Origin: an uncultured bacterium
GTDB lineage: Bacteria > Cyanobacteriota > Vampirovibrionia > Gastranaerophilales > Gastranaerophilaceae
Direction of reading: 5' to 3'
Assembly: GCA_947361225.1 (NCBI GenBank)
Contig: CANAIK010000001.1
Span: 29,054 to 93,053, forward strand
DNA length: 64,000 bases
Shown: one piece after another, positions 46,165 through 57,686 of the stretch
Numbering within the stretch: the first letter of the stretch is position 1
Layout: every line of letters starts with the position of its first letter
Position numbers and translations under genes: made by a program
The notes under the pieces: generated by a model
Told to the model about the DNA's origin: nothing
Seen by the model: the letters and a program-made list of their open reading frames with translations, nothing else
Database searches by the model: none

Positions 46165-46288
46165 ACGATTTTTATTCAATTATCAATTTTTATAATTCCT
46201 GCGCAACGGGTTTATCGTTTGTTGCGATTGGAATAATACTAATTTATTATAATTGAAAAACAGTTACAAGACAAATTTTTTATAAAAA

Positions 46289-46329
46289 TTAAAATACCTG
46301 TTAAGCGTTGGTTTAACAGGTATTTTTTT
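46289..46329 (-). terminator. Bidirectional intrinsic terminator downstream of groEL
   Basis: 12-bp stem AATACCTGTTAA (46293-46304) with TTAACAGGTATT (46313-46324), flanked by an A-run and a T-run. Confidence 0.7.
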
Positions 46330-46359
46330 AATATTAGTATGGAATTCTGTAATTTTTAA

Positions 46360-48045
<1,686 letters not shown>

Positions 48046-48091
48046 TTAAGATGCCAAAACAAGTTTGGCGATTGATAGTTGTATAAAAAAA

Positions 48092-48376
48092 TTATTCAAT
48101 GATTGCCAGAGCGTCTTTAACTGAAATAATTTTATATTCAACATCGTTTATTTTTACGTCTGTTCCTGAATATTTTGCAAATAAAACAACGTCCCCAACT
48201 TTAACTTCCATTGGTTCTTTTTCGCCAGAATCCATTGTTTTTCCGGCTCCAACAGCTACAACTTCACCTTTTTGGGGTTTTTCTTTGGCGCTATCAGGAA
48301 TAAAAATTCCACCTGATGTTTGTTGAACATCATCAATAACTTTAATGACAATTCTGTCTGCTAAAGGTTTAATCAT
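48092..48376 (-). CDS. groS: Co-chaperonin GroES
   Basis: 94 aa. MIKPLADRIVIKV ... GGIFIPDSAKEKPQKGEVVAVG. Confidence 0.95.
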   Translation of the reverse strand: MIKPLADRIVIKVIDDVQQTSGGIFIPDSAKEKPQKGEVVAVGAGKTMDSGEKEPMEVKVGDVVLFAKYSGTDVKINDVEYKIISVKDALAIIE

Positions 48377-48517
48377 AATATCCTCCGTTCATTAATTTTT
48401 AATTCACAATACTATAATATAAGAAAAAATTTTAATTATTAATTATGTTAACAAAAAATTAATATTTTGCGCTAAAACCCACTTGACTAACTTTATATCT
48501 GACAATATAATTTTTAA

Positions 48518-49165
48518 ATGAAGATTATTAAATTATTATTGCTGTCTTTTATGGCGATTTTTTTATCCGCCTGCGCTACTTTAACTTACAGTGGCAAAGA
48601 TTTTGACGAGAATAACATTCAAACGATAAAAACTCAGGAAGATTTTGTTTTTAACACCTACAAAAAATCCCTCGACAATGCAAATTTTAAAATCGGAATA
48701 TCAAAAACGCCAATTACGGAAGTCCTTGCGTTGTTTGTGCAAGTTGAGAATTTATCCTATGAAACCCCCTATGTTTTTCGGGTTGAAGACTTAAGAATTT
48801 CGGATTCTAACAAAGAATTACAATTTATTACAACTTCTAATTATTTAAATATTTATCAAACCCAAGAGGCAAATTCAATGGCGGCTTTAGGGGCGATGGG
48901 GTCGACTTTAACCACAATGACGGGAATGAGCACCAACTACAACGATTTTAACCAAACAATGGTTCAAAACAGCGCTCAAGAAACAAACAAAAGTGCGTTT
49001 TCAAGAATCGAGCAATTAGGAAATCAGATTCTTAATCATTCAATTAAAGTATCCTCAACAATTTCACCGAGAAAAAGCCAGTATTATTACTTTTTCTTCG
49101 AAGACCCCCTTAATTATCCAATTAAAGTAAGATACAAAGATTTGCATTATGAATTCAATTTATAG
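48518..49165 (+). CDS. Hypothetical lipoprotein
   Basis: Lipobox FLSAC after the signal peptide. TTGACT-17-TATAAT promoter lies just upstream. Confidence 0.55.
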   Translation: MKIIKLLLLSFMAIFLSACATLTYSGKDFDENNIQTIKTQEDFVFNTYKKSLDNANFKIGISKTPITEVLALFVQVENLSYETPYVFRVEDLRISDSNKELQFITTSNYLNIYQTQEANSMAALGAMGSTLTTMTGMSTNYNDFNQTMVQNSAQETNKSAFSRIEQLGNQILNHSIKVSSTISPRKSQYYYFFFEDPLNYPIKVRYKDLHYEFNL

Positions 49166-49241
49166 ACTTAATACAATCTTAATTTGAAAAAAAATCATTT
49201 GCATATTAAAATAATGTATAACTAGACAACTCGGAGTTTTT

Positions 49242-51089
49242 ATGTGTGGAATCATCGGATATGTTGGTGATAGATCGGCAGCTGAAATCTTAATTTCAGG
49301 TTTATCTCATTTGGAATATAGAGGCTATGACTCCTCAGGAGTTGCGCTTATGAATGATAAGGAAGTAAATATCTACAAAGCTCCGGGGAAACTTATCAAT
49401 TTAATTGAGATACTCAAAACAAAACAGAATATTTGCGCTAAATCAAAAATCGGAATCGGACATATCCGCTGGGCAACCCACGGGCTCCCGACAACGCAGA
49501 ATGCTCATCCTCATACTTGTAATTGCAAGAATTTAACGCTCGTTCATAACGGAATAATTGAGAATTATCAGGAATTAAAAAAAGAATTGGAACAACTTGG
49601 AGCACGTTTCTCATCTCAAACCGATACTGAAGTTGCGGCTCATTTAATCGCTTATGAATATGGAAAAACCAAAAATTTGCTTAAAGCAATGCTCAATGCG
49701 ACAAAAAAAATTAAAGGAGCGTTCGCTTTTTGCGCAATTCACAAAAACGAGCCCGATAAGATTGTTGTTGCTAAAAGAAACGCTCCTTTAATAATAGGAA
49801 TCGGACAAGAAGAAAATTTTATCGCTTCTGATATCCCTGCAATTATTGAATATACAAAAAAAGCAATTTATTTATCGGATTATCAAGTTGGGGTTATAAA
49901 AAAGGATTCTATTGAAATTTATAATGATAATGGAACTTTAGTCCCCAATAAAATTGAATATCTTCCCTTTGAGGCCGTTGCAATATCCAAAATGGGATAT
50001 AAGCATTTTATGTTAAAAGAAATTCACGAACAAGGGGATGTTGTTCGAAACATTCTGGCCGGAAAGCTTTTATCGCCCGAAAAAAATGTGGTTTTAGATG
50101 AATTTAAACTAACAAAAAAAGAAATTAATAATATTAAAAGAATTCAGATAATCGCCTGTGGAACAAGTTATCACGCAGGGTTGGTGGGGAAATATATCTT
50201 AGAAAAATTCGCAAAAATCCCCGTGGATGTTGAAGCGTCCAGTGAATATATTTACAGAGACACAATTGCGGATAAAAACACCCTTGCAATCGGAATTTCC
50301 CAATCGGGCGAAACAGCTGATACAATTACTGCGATTAAACAAATAAAAGAACAAGAATCCCACGTTGCAATTATTACAAACAGGGTTGATTCAACCCTTG
50401 CACGTCTTAGTGACAGCTTATTGCCCGTAAACGCCGGGATTGAGGTTTCAGTTGCCGCAACAAAATCATATATCGCTCAACTTATAAGTTTGTATTTGCT
50501 TACGATTTATTTATTCGAACAAAAAGGACTCGAACAATACAAAGAAGAAATAAGAACCTTAAAACAAGAATTAATGGAACTTCCAAGCAAAATCGAGGCA
50601 ATTGTTGAGAATACGACAAATATTCAAGAAATTGCAAAAAAATATTCTTGTTATAAAGATTTTATTTTTATTGCAAGGGGAATCAACTATCCAAACGCTC
50701 TTGAAGGGGCGCTTAAATTAAAAGAAATAAGCTATATTAACGCAACCGGATATAGCGCAGGGGAGCTAAAACACGGACCAATTGCAATGCTTGATAATAA
50801 TATGCCTGTTTTAGCACTTCTTAACACGGGGGTTGTTTATGACAAAGTTTTGTCAAATTGCGAGGAGGCAAAAGCCCGTCAGGCAAAACTTATCGCTGTA
50901 ACAAATTATATTGAACCAAAGGATGTTCCTTTGTTTGATGATATTATCAATGTTCCTTTGGGGTCTGAAACTATTGGTCCTGCCATAAATATTGTCGTTT
51001 TGCAACTTTTAGCTTATTATATAGCCGAATATTTAGGTAAAGACGTGGATCAACCAAGAAATCTTGCTAAATCAGTAACTGTGGAGTAG
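49242..51089 (+). CDS. glmS: Glutamine--fructose-6-phosphate aminotransferase
   Basis: 615 aa. MCGIIGYVG N-terminal nucleophile, two SIS domains, C-terminal NLAKSVTVE. Confidence 0.97.
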   Translation: MCGIIGYVGDRSAAEILISGLSHLEYRGYDSSGVALMNDKEVNIYKAPGKLINLIEILKTKQNICAKSKIGIGHIRWATHGLPTTQNAHPHTCNCKNLTLVHNGIIENYQELKKELEQLGARFSSQTDTEVAAHLIAYEYGKTKNLLKAMLNATKKIKGAFAFCAIHKNEPDKIVVAKRNAPLIIGIGQEENFIASDIPAIIEYTKKAIYLSDYQVGVIKKDSIEIYNDNGTLVPNKIEYLPFEAVAISKMGYKHFMLKEIHEQGDVVRNILAGKLLSPEKNVVLDEFKLTKKEINNIKRIQIIACGTSYHAGLVGKYILEKFAKIPVDVEASSEYIYRDTIADKNTLAIGISQSGETADTITAIKQIKEQESHVAIITNRVDSTLARLSDSLLPVNAGIEVSVAATKSYIAQLISLYLLTIYLFEQKGLEQYKEEIRTLKQELMELPSKIEAIVENTTNIQEIAKKYSCYKDFIFIARGINYPNALEGALKLKEISYINATGYSAGELKHGPIAMLDNNMPVLALLNTGVVYDKVLSNCEEAKARQAKLIAVTNYIEPKDVPLFDDIINVPLGSETIGPAINIVVLQLLAYYIAEYLGKDVDQPRNLAKSVTVE

Positions 51090-51092
51090 AAA

Positions 51093-51590
51093 ATGTTAGA
51101 AAAATTAACTAAGAAAACAAGTATTATTGTAGGTTCAACTTTGGGATATCTTTTTATCCTAATTTTCCCGATTCTATATAAAATCGGATTCTCGGAAATT
51201 CCCTTAAAATCATACTCAATCACTATAAATTTATTCTATAGTGCGATTTTTGCACTTTTATTCTTTAGTGTTCTATCGATTGAAAGTTTGTTTAATTTGA
51301 GTTTGGATTCTAAATTCTTAGAGAAAAAATCGTCTCAATATGTTATTATATCGGGATTTATTTTTTCTTTAATTTGTTTTTTATATGGAATTTTTTGTAT
51401 AATTGCATATACAAAAATTAACTTTATCCTATCAACTATAATCCTATATTGGATTGTGGGGATTTTTACCCTAATCGCTTCAGGAGTTGGATTTATTAAA
51501 AAATTACAGTTCAACAAAATTTTTGTAAGAACTTTCCTTATTTTAGCTGTCATCTTTTTAGTTTTATTGTTAATAATAACAAAACATTAA
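51093..51590 (+). CDS. Hypothetical membrane protein
   Basis: 165 aa with about 5 hydrophobic helices. No recognised motif. Confidence 0.5.
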   Translation: MLEKLTKKTSIIVGSTLGYLFILIFPILYKIGFSEIPLKSYSITINLFYSAIFALLFFSVLSIESLFNLSLDSKFLEKKSSQYVIISGFIFSLICFLYGIFCIIAYTKINFILSTIILYWIVGIFTLIASGVGFIKKLQFNKIFVRTFLILAVIFLVLLLIITKH

Positions 51591-51630
51591 ACGTGGAATT
51601 ATATAATTATTAGATTATAAAGGTTTATTA

Positions 51631-52449
51631 ATGAAAATTTTAATTTCAAATGACGATGGAATTGCAGCTCAAGGAATAAAAGCTCTTATTAGCAACTTGA
51701 GCAAGGAAAATCACGAAGTTTATGTCGTTGCCCCCGATAGGGAACGATCGGCAGCGGGGCATTCTTTAACCTTGCATTCTCCGATAAGAGTAGAAGAACT
51801 CGAGCCTCAATACGGCGCAAAAAGGGTTTGGGTAACAAATGGAACTCCGGGGGATTGCGTTAAAATCGCAATTTGCGCTCTTCTGGATAAAAACGAGCTT
51901 CCGGACATTGTTATTTCAGGAATTAACCACGGACCGAACTTAGGTCAAGATATTCTTTATTCAGGAACCGTAAGTTGCGCTCTTGAGGCTGCAATGTTGA
52001 ATTATCCTTCAATTGCAGTGTCATTATCCTCAATGACGCCTGATCCAACTTATTTTAATTCAACCGCAAAATTTGTTTGCAGGTTTTTACCCAAACTTAA
52101 AAACATAGTTTTCCCAAAAAATTCTATTTTAAATATCAATGCCCCCGCTCTTGAAGAAGAGGACGTTGCAGGGGTTGAAATTACTAAATTGGGAACGAAA
52201 ATGTTTACTAACAACTACGATAAAAGAATCGACCCAAGAGGAAAAGTCTACTACTGGATGGCAGGTGAGCTAACCTCCAAACACGAAGAAGACGGAACCG
52301 ATATTTCAGCCGTTAGGGCAAATCGAATTTCAATTACTCCAATAACTTTTGAAATGACCCACAAAAACGTAATAGCAGACCTTGAACACGAATTCTGCGA
52401 AGGCGGAAAATGCGATTGGTACGGCTATGGAGCATTGAAAAAAGTATAG
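51631..52449 (+). CDS. surE: 5'/3'-nucleotidase SurE
   Basis: MKILISNDDGIAAQGIKAL and GINHGPNLG motifs. Confidence 0.92.
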   Translation: MKILISNDDGIAAQGIKALISNLSKENHEVYVVAPDRERSAAGHSLTLHSPIRVEELEPQYGAKRVWVTNGTPGDCVKIAICALLDKNELPDIVISGINHGPNLGQDILYSGTVSCALEAAMLNYPSIAVSLSSMTPDPTYFNSTAKFVCRFLPKLKNIVFPKNSILNINAPALEEEDVAGVEITKLGTKMFTNNYDKRIDPRGKVYYWMAGELTSKHEEDGTDISAVRANRISITPITFEMTHKNVIADLEHEFCEGGKCDWYGYGALKKV

Positions 52450-52473
52450 GTATTAATTTATCAAAATTTATAA

Positions 52474-52506
52474 AATTCCAAATTTTTTCGATTTGGAATT
52501 TTTTTT
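52474..52506 (+). terminator. Intrinsic terminator after surE
   Basis: 10-bp stem AATTCCAAAT (52474-52483) with ATTTGGAATT (52491-52500), followed by TTTTTT. Confidence 0.75.
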
Positions 52507-52686
52507 GTAAATTTTTTATTGTCATAAATTTATTTATTCAAGTTTTAGTTGTTTAAAATAAAGTTTTTATTGACAAAAAAATATATAAATGTTATTGTAT
52601 CAATATATTTAAAATTTAATCTTATTTTTGCCCCAATTATTATTTTTTAAAAAAAATTTTGAACCAGATAACATAAAGGAGAAACT

Positions 52687-53739
52687 ATGACTTATAATGA
52701 GGCTGATCATCCAAGGGATGAAAAAGGCAGATGGGTTGATAAAAACGGAAATACAGAAAACGATTCAACCAATCAAGAAATACTTAAAGGCGGGGTTGAA
52801 GTAAATGTTTATAATGAATCCCCGGCTCAAATTCTATACAAAGGCTCAATAATAAAAAAAGAAAAAGAAAAAATTGAGGGTGAATACAAAAATATTTTAT
52901 TTCAAACCTTAGGAAAATTTGTAACCAACACAATGATGTTATATTACAATATTGACCAACTTGAAAAAAAGATTAAAGAATTACATCTTGAAGAAAAACT
53001 AAAACAGAATGTTTCTAAAGCTACAGGAAAAGTCAAAAGTTTTGTAGACGCAAGACTTGCCTGGGGAGGAAGGCAGGTGAAAAATTTTATTAAAAAAAGA
53101 ATAGACGAGAGGGATATTGAAAAAAATGCAAAAGATATAGGAAAAAAATACAATGTATTAAAAAATCAAGCAGCTAAAGTTGTTTTTGGCGAAGACGCCG
53201 CAGGAATGTTGGATATTTCCCACGATAAAGTAAAAGACAGAAGTTATTTGGAAGGGGTTTTTGAAATTCCTAATTATAAAGATGAAAGGTTTAAAAAATA
53301 CCAGCCATATTTAGAAAATAAAATATCTAAACAATTTGCTCATTATGGGACTAATCCTAATGATGTTAAAGGCTATTATTTTGGACCTAATGCAAAGGCA
53401 AGTGTCAATATGGCTCAGGATTCTTATATGCAACAATATGTTAAAGACAACAAAAACGGTTTTTTGAATAACGATTTAAAGAAAACATCGATAGACTTTA
53501 AAGCTGGAAATATGTATTATGCGCATCATTTGGTTGATGTAATAGATTATCAATTCGATAGTGAGGGTAATTTAGAAATTCTTATAGCAGACACAAACGA
53601 TTTTAATGAAAACGAAGATAACAAACTTGTCCAGGCGGGTGATATTGCAATGAAAAACAAAGAATTAAAACCACAATTTGCAATAAAACATGTTATAATT
53701 CCAAAAGAAAAGCTCGGGGAATTATGGGGCAAATATTAA
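52687..53739 (+). CDS. Hypothetical soluble protein with N-terminal HPRDEKGRW motif
   Basis: 350 aa, no signal peptide or TM segment. Strong AAGGAG RBS. TTGACA-17-TATTGT promoter at 52570-52598. Confidence 0.6.
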   Translation: MTYNEADHPRDEKGRWVDKNGNTENDSTNQEILKGGVEVNVYNESPAQILYKGSIIKKEKEKIEGEYKNILFQTLGKFVTNTMMLYYNIDQLEKKIKELHLEEKLKQNVSKATGKVKSFVDARLAWGGRQVKNFIKKRIDERDIEKNAKDIGKKYNVLKNQAAKVVFGEDAAGMLDISHDKVKDRSYLEGVFEIPNYKDERFKKYQPYLENKISKQFAHYGTNPNDVKGYYFGPNAKASVNMAQDSYMQQYVKDNKNGFLNNDLKKTSIDFKAGNMYYAHHLVDVIDYQFDSEGNLEILIADTNDFNENEDNKLVQAGDIAMKNKELKPQFAIKHVIIPKEKLGELWGKY

Positions 53740-53740
53740 A

Positions 53741-54337
53741 ATGTTAGATAAAGCTAAAGAAACTGCATTGTTTATAATAAAATCAGCAGTGTTTTTGTAT
53801 ATCTCTGATTGTATCAATACCATAGCTAGTATGTTAACAATTCAAATTCTTGCTTTTGATTTTTTTTGGATTTCATCAAAATTAATTCCTTTTATTGATT
53901 CTATATATTCACAATTTATATATATAGTTTTTTCCTACTTTACGGCGAAAAAATTGGGGATTATAAAATTTATTGACAAATCCCCAATCTGGGCTGTTAT
54001 TATAATTTTATTGATTTATGAATTAACCTTAACTTTATCCTTACCCATAAACATAAGCAATGAACCCACTAGTTTGTATCTAGCCCACGAATGGAAAAGG
54101 ATAATATTAAACACTCTAAGTAGCATAAAACTTGGTTTTGGATTTATCTACACTTTTCTTTCATACAAAGTCGTTAGATTCTTAACCAATAAATATCCAA
54201 AGCTATCTTTTCTTAAGAATTTCTATTTTCTAAAGAAACTAGAGAATATTATAACATTTGAAAACATTAAGAATAAGATAAAGTGTATTTTTAGTAAATT
54301 TATCAATTGGTGGAAGAAGAACTATAGGATGTGGTAA
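53741..54337 (+). CDS. Hypothetical polytopic membrane protein, paralog A
   Basis: 198 aa with 4-5 hydrophobic helices. Starts 2 nt after the upstream stop. The 3' 269 nt are identical to paralog B. Confidence 0.6.
   Translation: MLDKAKETALFIIKSAVFLYISDCINTIASMLTIQILAFDFFWISSKLIPFIDSIYSQFIYIVFSYFTAKKLGIIKFIDKSPIWAVIIILLIYELTLTLSLPINISNEPTSLYLAHEWKRIILNTLSSIKLGFGFIYTFLSYKVVRFLTNKYPKLSFLKNFYFLKKLENIITFENIKNKIKCIFSKFINWWKKNYRMW
54060..54328 (+). repeat. 269-bp exact direct repeat, copy 1
   Basis: Compared base by base with 54659-54927 (offset 599). No mismatch seen. Confidence 0.9.
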
Positions 54338-54342
54338 TTAGA

Positions 54343-54936
54343 ATGAAAAGAAAAGCTAAAGAAACTGCATTATTCATATTAAAATCAGTGATATTTTTAT
54401 ATATTGCAGGATACTGGATTTTATGCTTGGCTTTATTATTGCCTTTTCTTGTCTTTTGTATTACCACCATATACCCACTGCCAAAAGCTATGGATTTATT
54501 AATATTCTATGAAGTTGGTCTTATTTCTCTATATCTACGGACAGTTTTAATATACTTTACGGCGAAAAAATTGGGGATTATAAAATTTATTGAAAAGAGC
54601 CCTATTTGGATAATTGTTTTAATTATAATAATTTATGAACTAGCGGTAACCTTGCCCTATGAACCCACTAGTTTGTATCTAGCCCACGAATGGAAAAGGA
54701 TAATATTAAACACTCTAAGTAGCATAAAACTTGGTTTTGGATTTATCTACACTTTTCTTTCATACAAAGTCGTTAGATTCTTAACCAATAAATATCCAAA
54801 GCTATCTTTTCTTAAGAATTTCTATTTTCTAAAGAAACTAGAGAATATTATAACATTTGAAAACATTAAGAATAAGATAAAGTGTATTTTTAGTAAATTT
54901 ATCAATTGGTGGAAGAAGAACTATAGGCTTTATTAA
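54343..54936 (+). CDS. Hypothetical polytopic membrane protein, paralog B
   Basis: Start set at MKRKAKETALF by analogy with MLDKAKETALF of paralog A (track start 54331). Divergent N-terminal half, identical C-terminal half. Confidence 0.6.
   Translation: MKRKAKETALFILKSVIFLYIAGYWILCLALLLPFLVFCITTIYPLPKAMDLLIFYEVGLISLYLRTVLIYFTAKKLGIIKFIEKSPIWIIVLIIIIYELAVTLPYEPTSLYLAHEWKRIILNTLSSIKLGFGFIYTFLSYKVVRFLTNKYPKLSFLKNFYFLKKLENIITFENIKNKIKCIFSKFINWWKKNYRLY
54659..54927 (+). repeat. 269-bp exact direct repeat, copy 2
   Basis: Identical to 54060-54328. Confidence 0.9.
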
Positions 54937-54942
54937 CAAATT

Positions 54943-57546
54943 CTATTGTTCGACAACAACCGTGTAGATATATGGTTTTGTAAAGTATTTATTAGCGGTT
55001 TCAATAATATCATTCTGACTAACTTCTTGAATCATTTTTTTGTATTCGTCATATGCCCCTAAGTCAAGTCCTATTGTATCATACCAGCCTAATAAATTAG
55101 CTTCGTCCATATTTGTTTCTAACGACAACAAGAATTGTCCCAGGATTTTATCCTTAGCGTCGTTTAGTTCAGTCGTTGTTACAAAATCTTTCTTAAGAAC
55201 ATTAACTGCGTCCAAAAGCCCTTGTTTTGCCTCTTGGATACTGTCTTTATTTGTCCCTATGTAAGTTACAAAAGCTCCGTCTAATATATTTGTCATTAAA
55301 CTTGATCCAACGGTATAAGCGAGGCTTTTTTCCTCTCTTAATTTAACAAAAAGTCTGCTTGACATTCCTTGTCCTAGAATTGAGTTAATAACATTAAGGG
55401 TTGCAATATCTTTTCTGTTTTTAATCCCGCAAGTCTTAAATCCCAAAGCAAGCCAGTGCGCTTGAAGTTGTTTTTTGTGCAAAGTTAATTCAACATTGCT
55501 TTTAGGTTGATAAGGAACATATTTATAATTAGAATAGCTGAATTTTTCGTTATTGTTGCTTTTTATTATTTCATTCATTTTTTGTTCGATATAAGTTTCG
55601 TCAATATCCCCCACAACTGCAATTGAGGCGTTTTTCGGGTTAATTATTCTTGAATAATACTCAATAACATCTTCTCTTTTAACGTTATTGATATTATTAA
55701 GAATAAAAGTAGAATTTTGTCCATAAATTGAATCTAGAAAAGCAATTCTGCGAAACTCATCAAAAACGTATCCTGAAGGGTTATCCGACACGGTTTTGAG
55801 CTCTTGAATTTGTCTTTTTTTAATTTTTTCCAGTTCGTCCAGGGAAAAAAGCGGTTTATTAATAACTTCATCAAGCGCAAGGAGTGCTTTATCTAAGTTG
55901 TCTTTTGTGGTTTGAACAACGATTGAAAAAACATCATTAGATCGACTTACGCCCAATTTTATTCCATTCTCATCCAAGAATTCACTAAAAGCCGCTTGGG
56001 AATAATTTTTTGTTCCTTTAGTAGCGCAAAGAGACGCTAGAAGCGAAGTTACAGGTTTTTTTTCGAGTTCTTTAGCTCCTTTAAAAGAAATATCGATTGC
56101 AACAATAGAATTTGTCTTTTTCTTTTTGGTTATTAGGGTTGCGCCGTTTTCAAGAAGGGTTTTTTTGGTATTATCCCTTTGTTCGATTAATTTATTGTTG
56201 TAAGTTTTTTTATTCTCAACTCTATTAGAAACTTCTTTATAATTGCTTGGTCGAACGACGCTTATAGCGTATTTATCAAGATGGAAATATTTATTTGCAA
56301 CCCGAATAATATCTTCTTTTGTAACTTTTTCAATATTTTTCAAATAATTGTCATAATAGTTCTCATCGTTAATAAAAGTAAAATCATAGCCCAAATCATC
56401 CGAAATATTAGAAATTGATTCACGTGAATAATAAGTATCGGTTTTAATTAAATTTTTTGCCTTGAGAAGTGAATTATTATCGAATTTTCCCTCTTGAATA
56501 TTCTTTAATTCTGCTAGAATTTCACTCTCAACGCTCGATTCTAAACTGGGGTTCAAGGTTGCATAAACATAGAATAATCCTGAGTCTTTTTGAGAAAAAT
56601 TGCCGCTTGAAATAGACAAGACAAGATTTTTATCTTCTTTTAATTTTTGATTGAGAATCGAGCTTTTCCCGCTTGTTAACATTGTTGCAAGCACATCAAG
56701 GGGATAGTTGTCAATCGGTTTTGAAAATTTTGGAGCCAAGAATCCAAGCATTAAGTGGGTTTTGTTGATATCCATAGTATCAACTTTTCTTTCAATCTTG
56801 CTTAAAGGTAAGATTGAGGGATATTTTATTTTCTCTTGAGTTCTTTTTGTTTGATTAAAGGCTTCTTGGACTTTTTTTATTGCCTCTTGTTTATCAACAT
56901 CTCCCACAATTACTGTTGTATAAGCGTCAGGAGTGTAGAAACGATTAAAATAATTAAGAATTTCTTCTCTTGTAACTGTTTCAATTACCTCTTTTTTCCC
57001 AATAACCGTCCTTTTGTAAGGATGATTTGATTTTTCATACAACAAAGTATAAAAATTATCGAACATTCTATTTTGCGGGCTGTCTTTGCATTTGGAAATT
57101 TCTTCTATTACAACTTTTCTTTCTCTTTCAAGTTCTTTTCTTGGAATTAGAGGATTCTGGAGCATATCAGCGTGGATTTTGAGTGCTAAATCAAAATCCT
57201 TAGAAGGAATTTCAATATAATAATGGGTATAATCCTTACTTGTAGCTGCGTTCACCTCAGCGCCCTTAGAATCTAAGATTTTATCGATTTCACCCGTTTT
57301 ATAGTTTGTTGTTCCTTTAAAAAACAAATGCTCCAAAAAATGGCTTATTCCTGAGGTTTTATCGTCCTCGTTAATTGATCCTGTGTTAATCCAAGTATCG
57401 ATTTTAACGATTTGGTTGTCCCTAACCTCTTTCACCACAACTTTTTGACCGCTTTTAAGCTTAACAACAGATAAACCATCTTCAAGAGCGAAGTTTTGAT
57501 TAATTGTCAACAATAATGTTAATATAATAAAAAATATTTTTTTCAT
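54943..57546 (-). CDS. M16-family zinc peptidase, double-length (PqqL-like)
   Basis: 867 aa with a signal peptide. HFLEHLFFKGT is the inverted zinc motif HxxEH. Contains two M16 active/inactive domain pairs. Confidence 0.9.
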   Translation of the reverse strand: MKKIFFIILTLLLTINQNFALEDGLSVVKLKSGQKVVVKEVRDNQIVKIDTWINTGSINEDDKTSGISHFLEHLFFKGTTNYKTGEIDKILDSKGAEVNAATSKDYTHYYIEIPSKDFDLALKIHADMLQNPLIPRKELERERKVVIEEISKCKDSPQNRMFDNFYTLLYEKSNHPYKRTVIGKKEVIETVTREEILNYFNRFYTPDAYTTVIVGDVDKQEAIKKVQEAFNQTKRTQEKIKYPSILPLSKIERKVDTMDINKTHLMLGFLAPKFSKPIDNYPLDVLATMLTSGKSSILNQKLKEDKNLVLSISSGNFSQKDSGLFYVYATLNPSLESSVESEILAELKNIQEGKFDNNSLLKAKNLIKTDTYYSRESISNISDDLGYDFTFINDENYYDNYLKNIEKVTKEDIIRVANKYFHLDKYAISVVRPSNYKEVSNRVENKKTYNNKLIEQRDNTKKTLLENGATLITKKKKTNSIVAIDISFKGAKELEKKPVTSLLASLCATKGTKNYSQAAFSEFLDENGIKLGVSRSNDVFSIVVQTTKDNLDKALLALDEVINKPLFSLDELEKIKKRQIQELKTVSDNPSGYVFDEFRRIAFLDSIYGQNSTFILNNINNVKREDVIEYYSRIINPKNASIAVVGDIDETYIEQKMNEIIKSNNNEKFSYSNYKYVPYQPKSNVELTLHKKQLQAHWLALGFKTCGIKNRKDIATLNVINSILGQGMSSRLFVKLREEKSLAYTVGSSLMTNILDGAFVTYIGTNKDSIQEAKQGLLDAVNVLKKDFVTTTELNDAKDKILGQFLLSLETNMDEANLLGWYDTIGLDLGAYDEYKKMIQEVSQNDIIETANKYFTKPYIYTVVVEQ

Positions 57547-57686
57547 AGTTATCCTTTTTTCTTGAATTATTATAATAATTCAAATTGTTTTTTAAATTAG
57601 CATAGTTACTATAAACCATTTTACTACAGGGTTTGTTTATAGTAAAATAAAATCTGAAAGTCATGGGATATTTTTAGACTAGAACA

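Noticed and set aside
36100-46170. Calling the island an intact prophage or integrative element
   Set aside because: I could not find an integrase, recombinase, transposase, terminase or capsid gene, and no distal att repeat was found. It is described only as an accessory island.
48377-48517. CIRCE heat-shock operator (TTAGCACTC-N9-GAGTGCTAA) upstream of groES
   Set aside because: Searched both strands of the groES upstream region and found no match.
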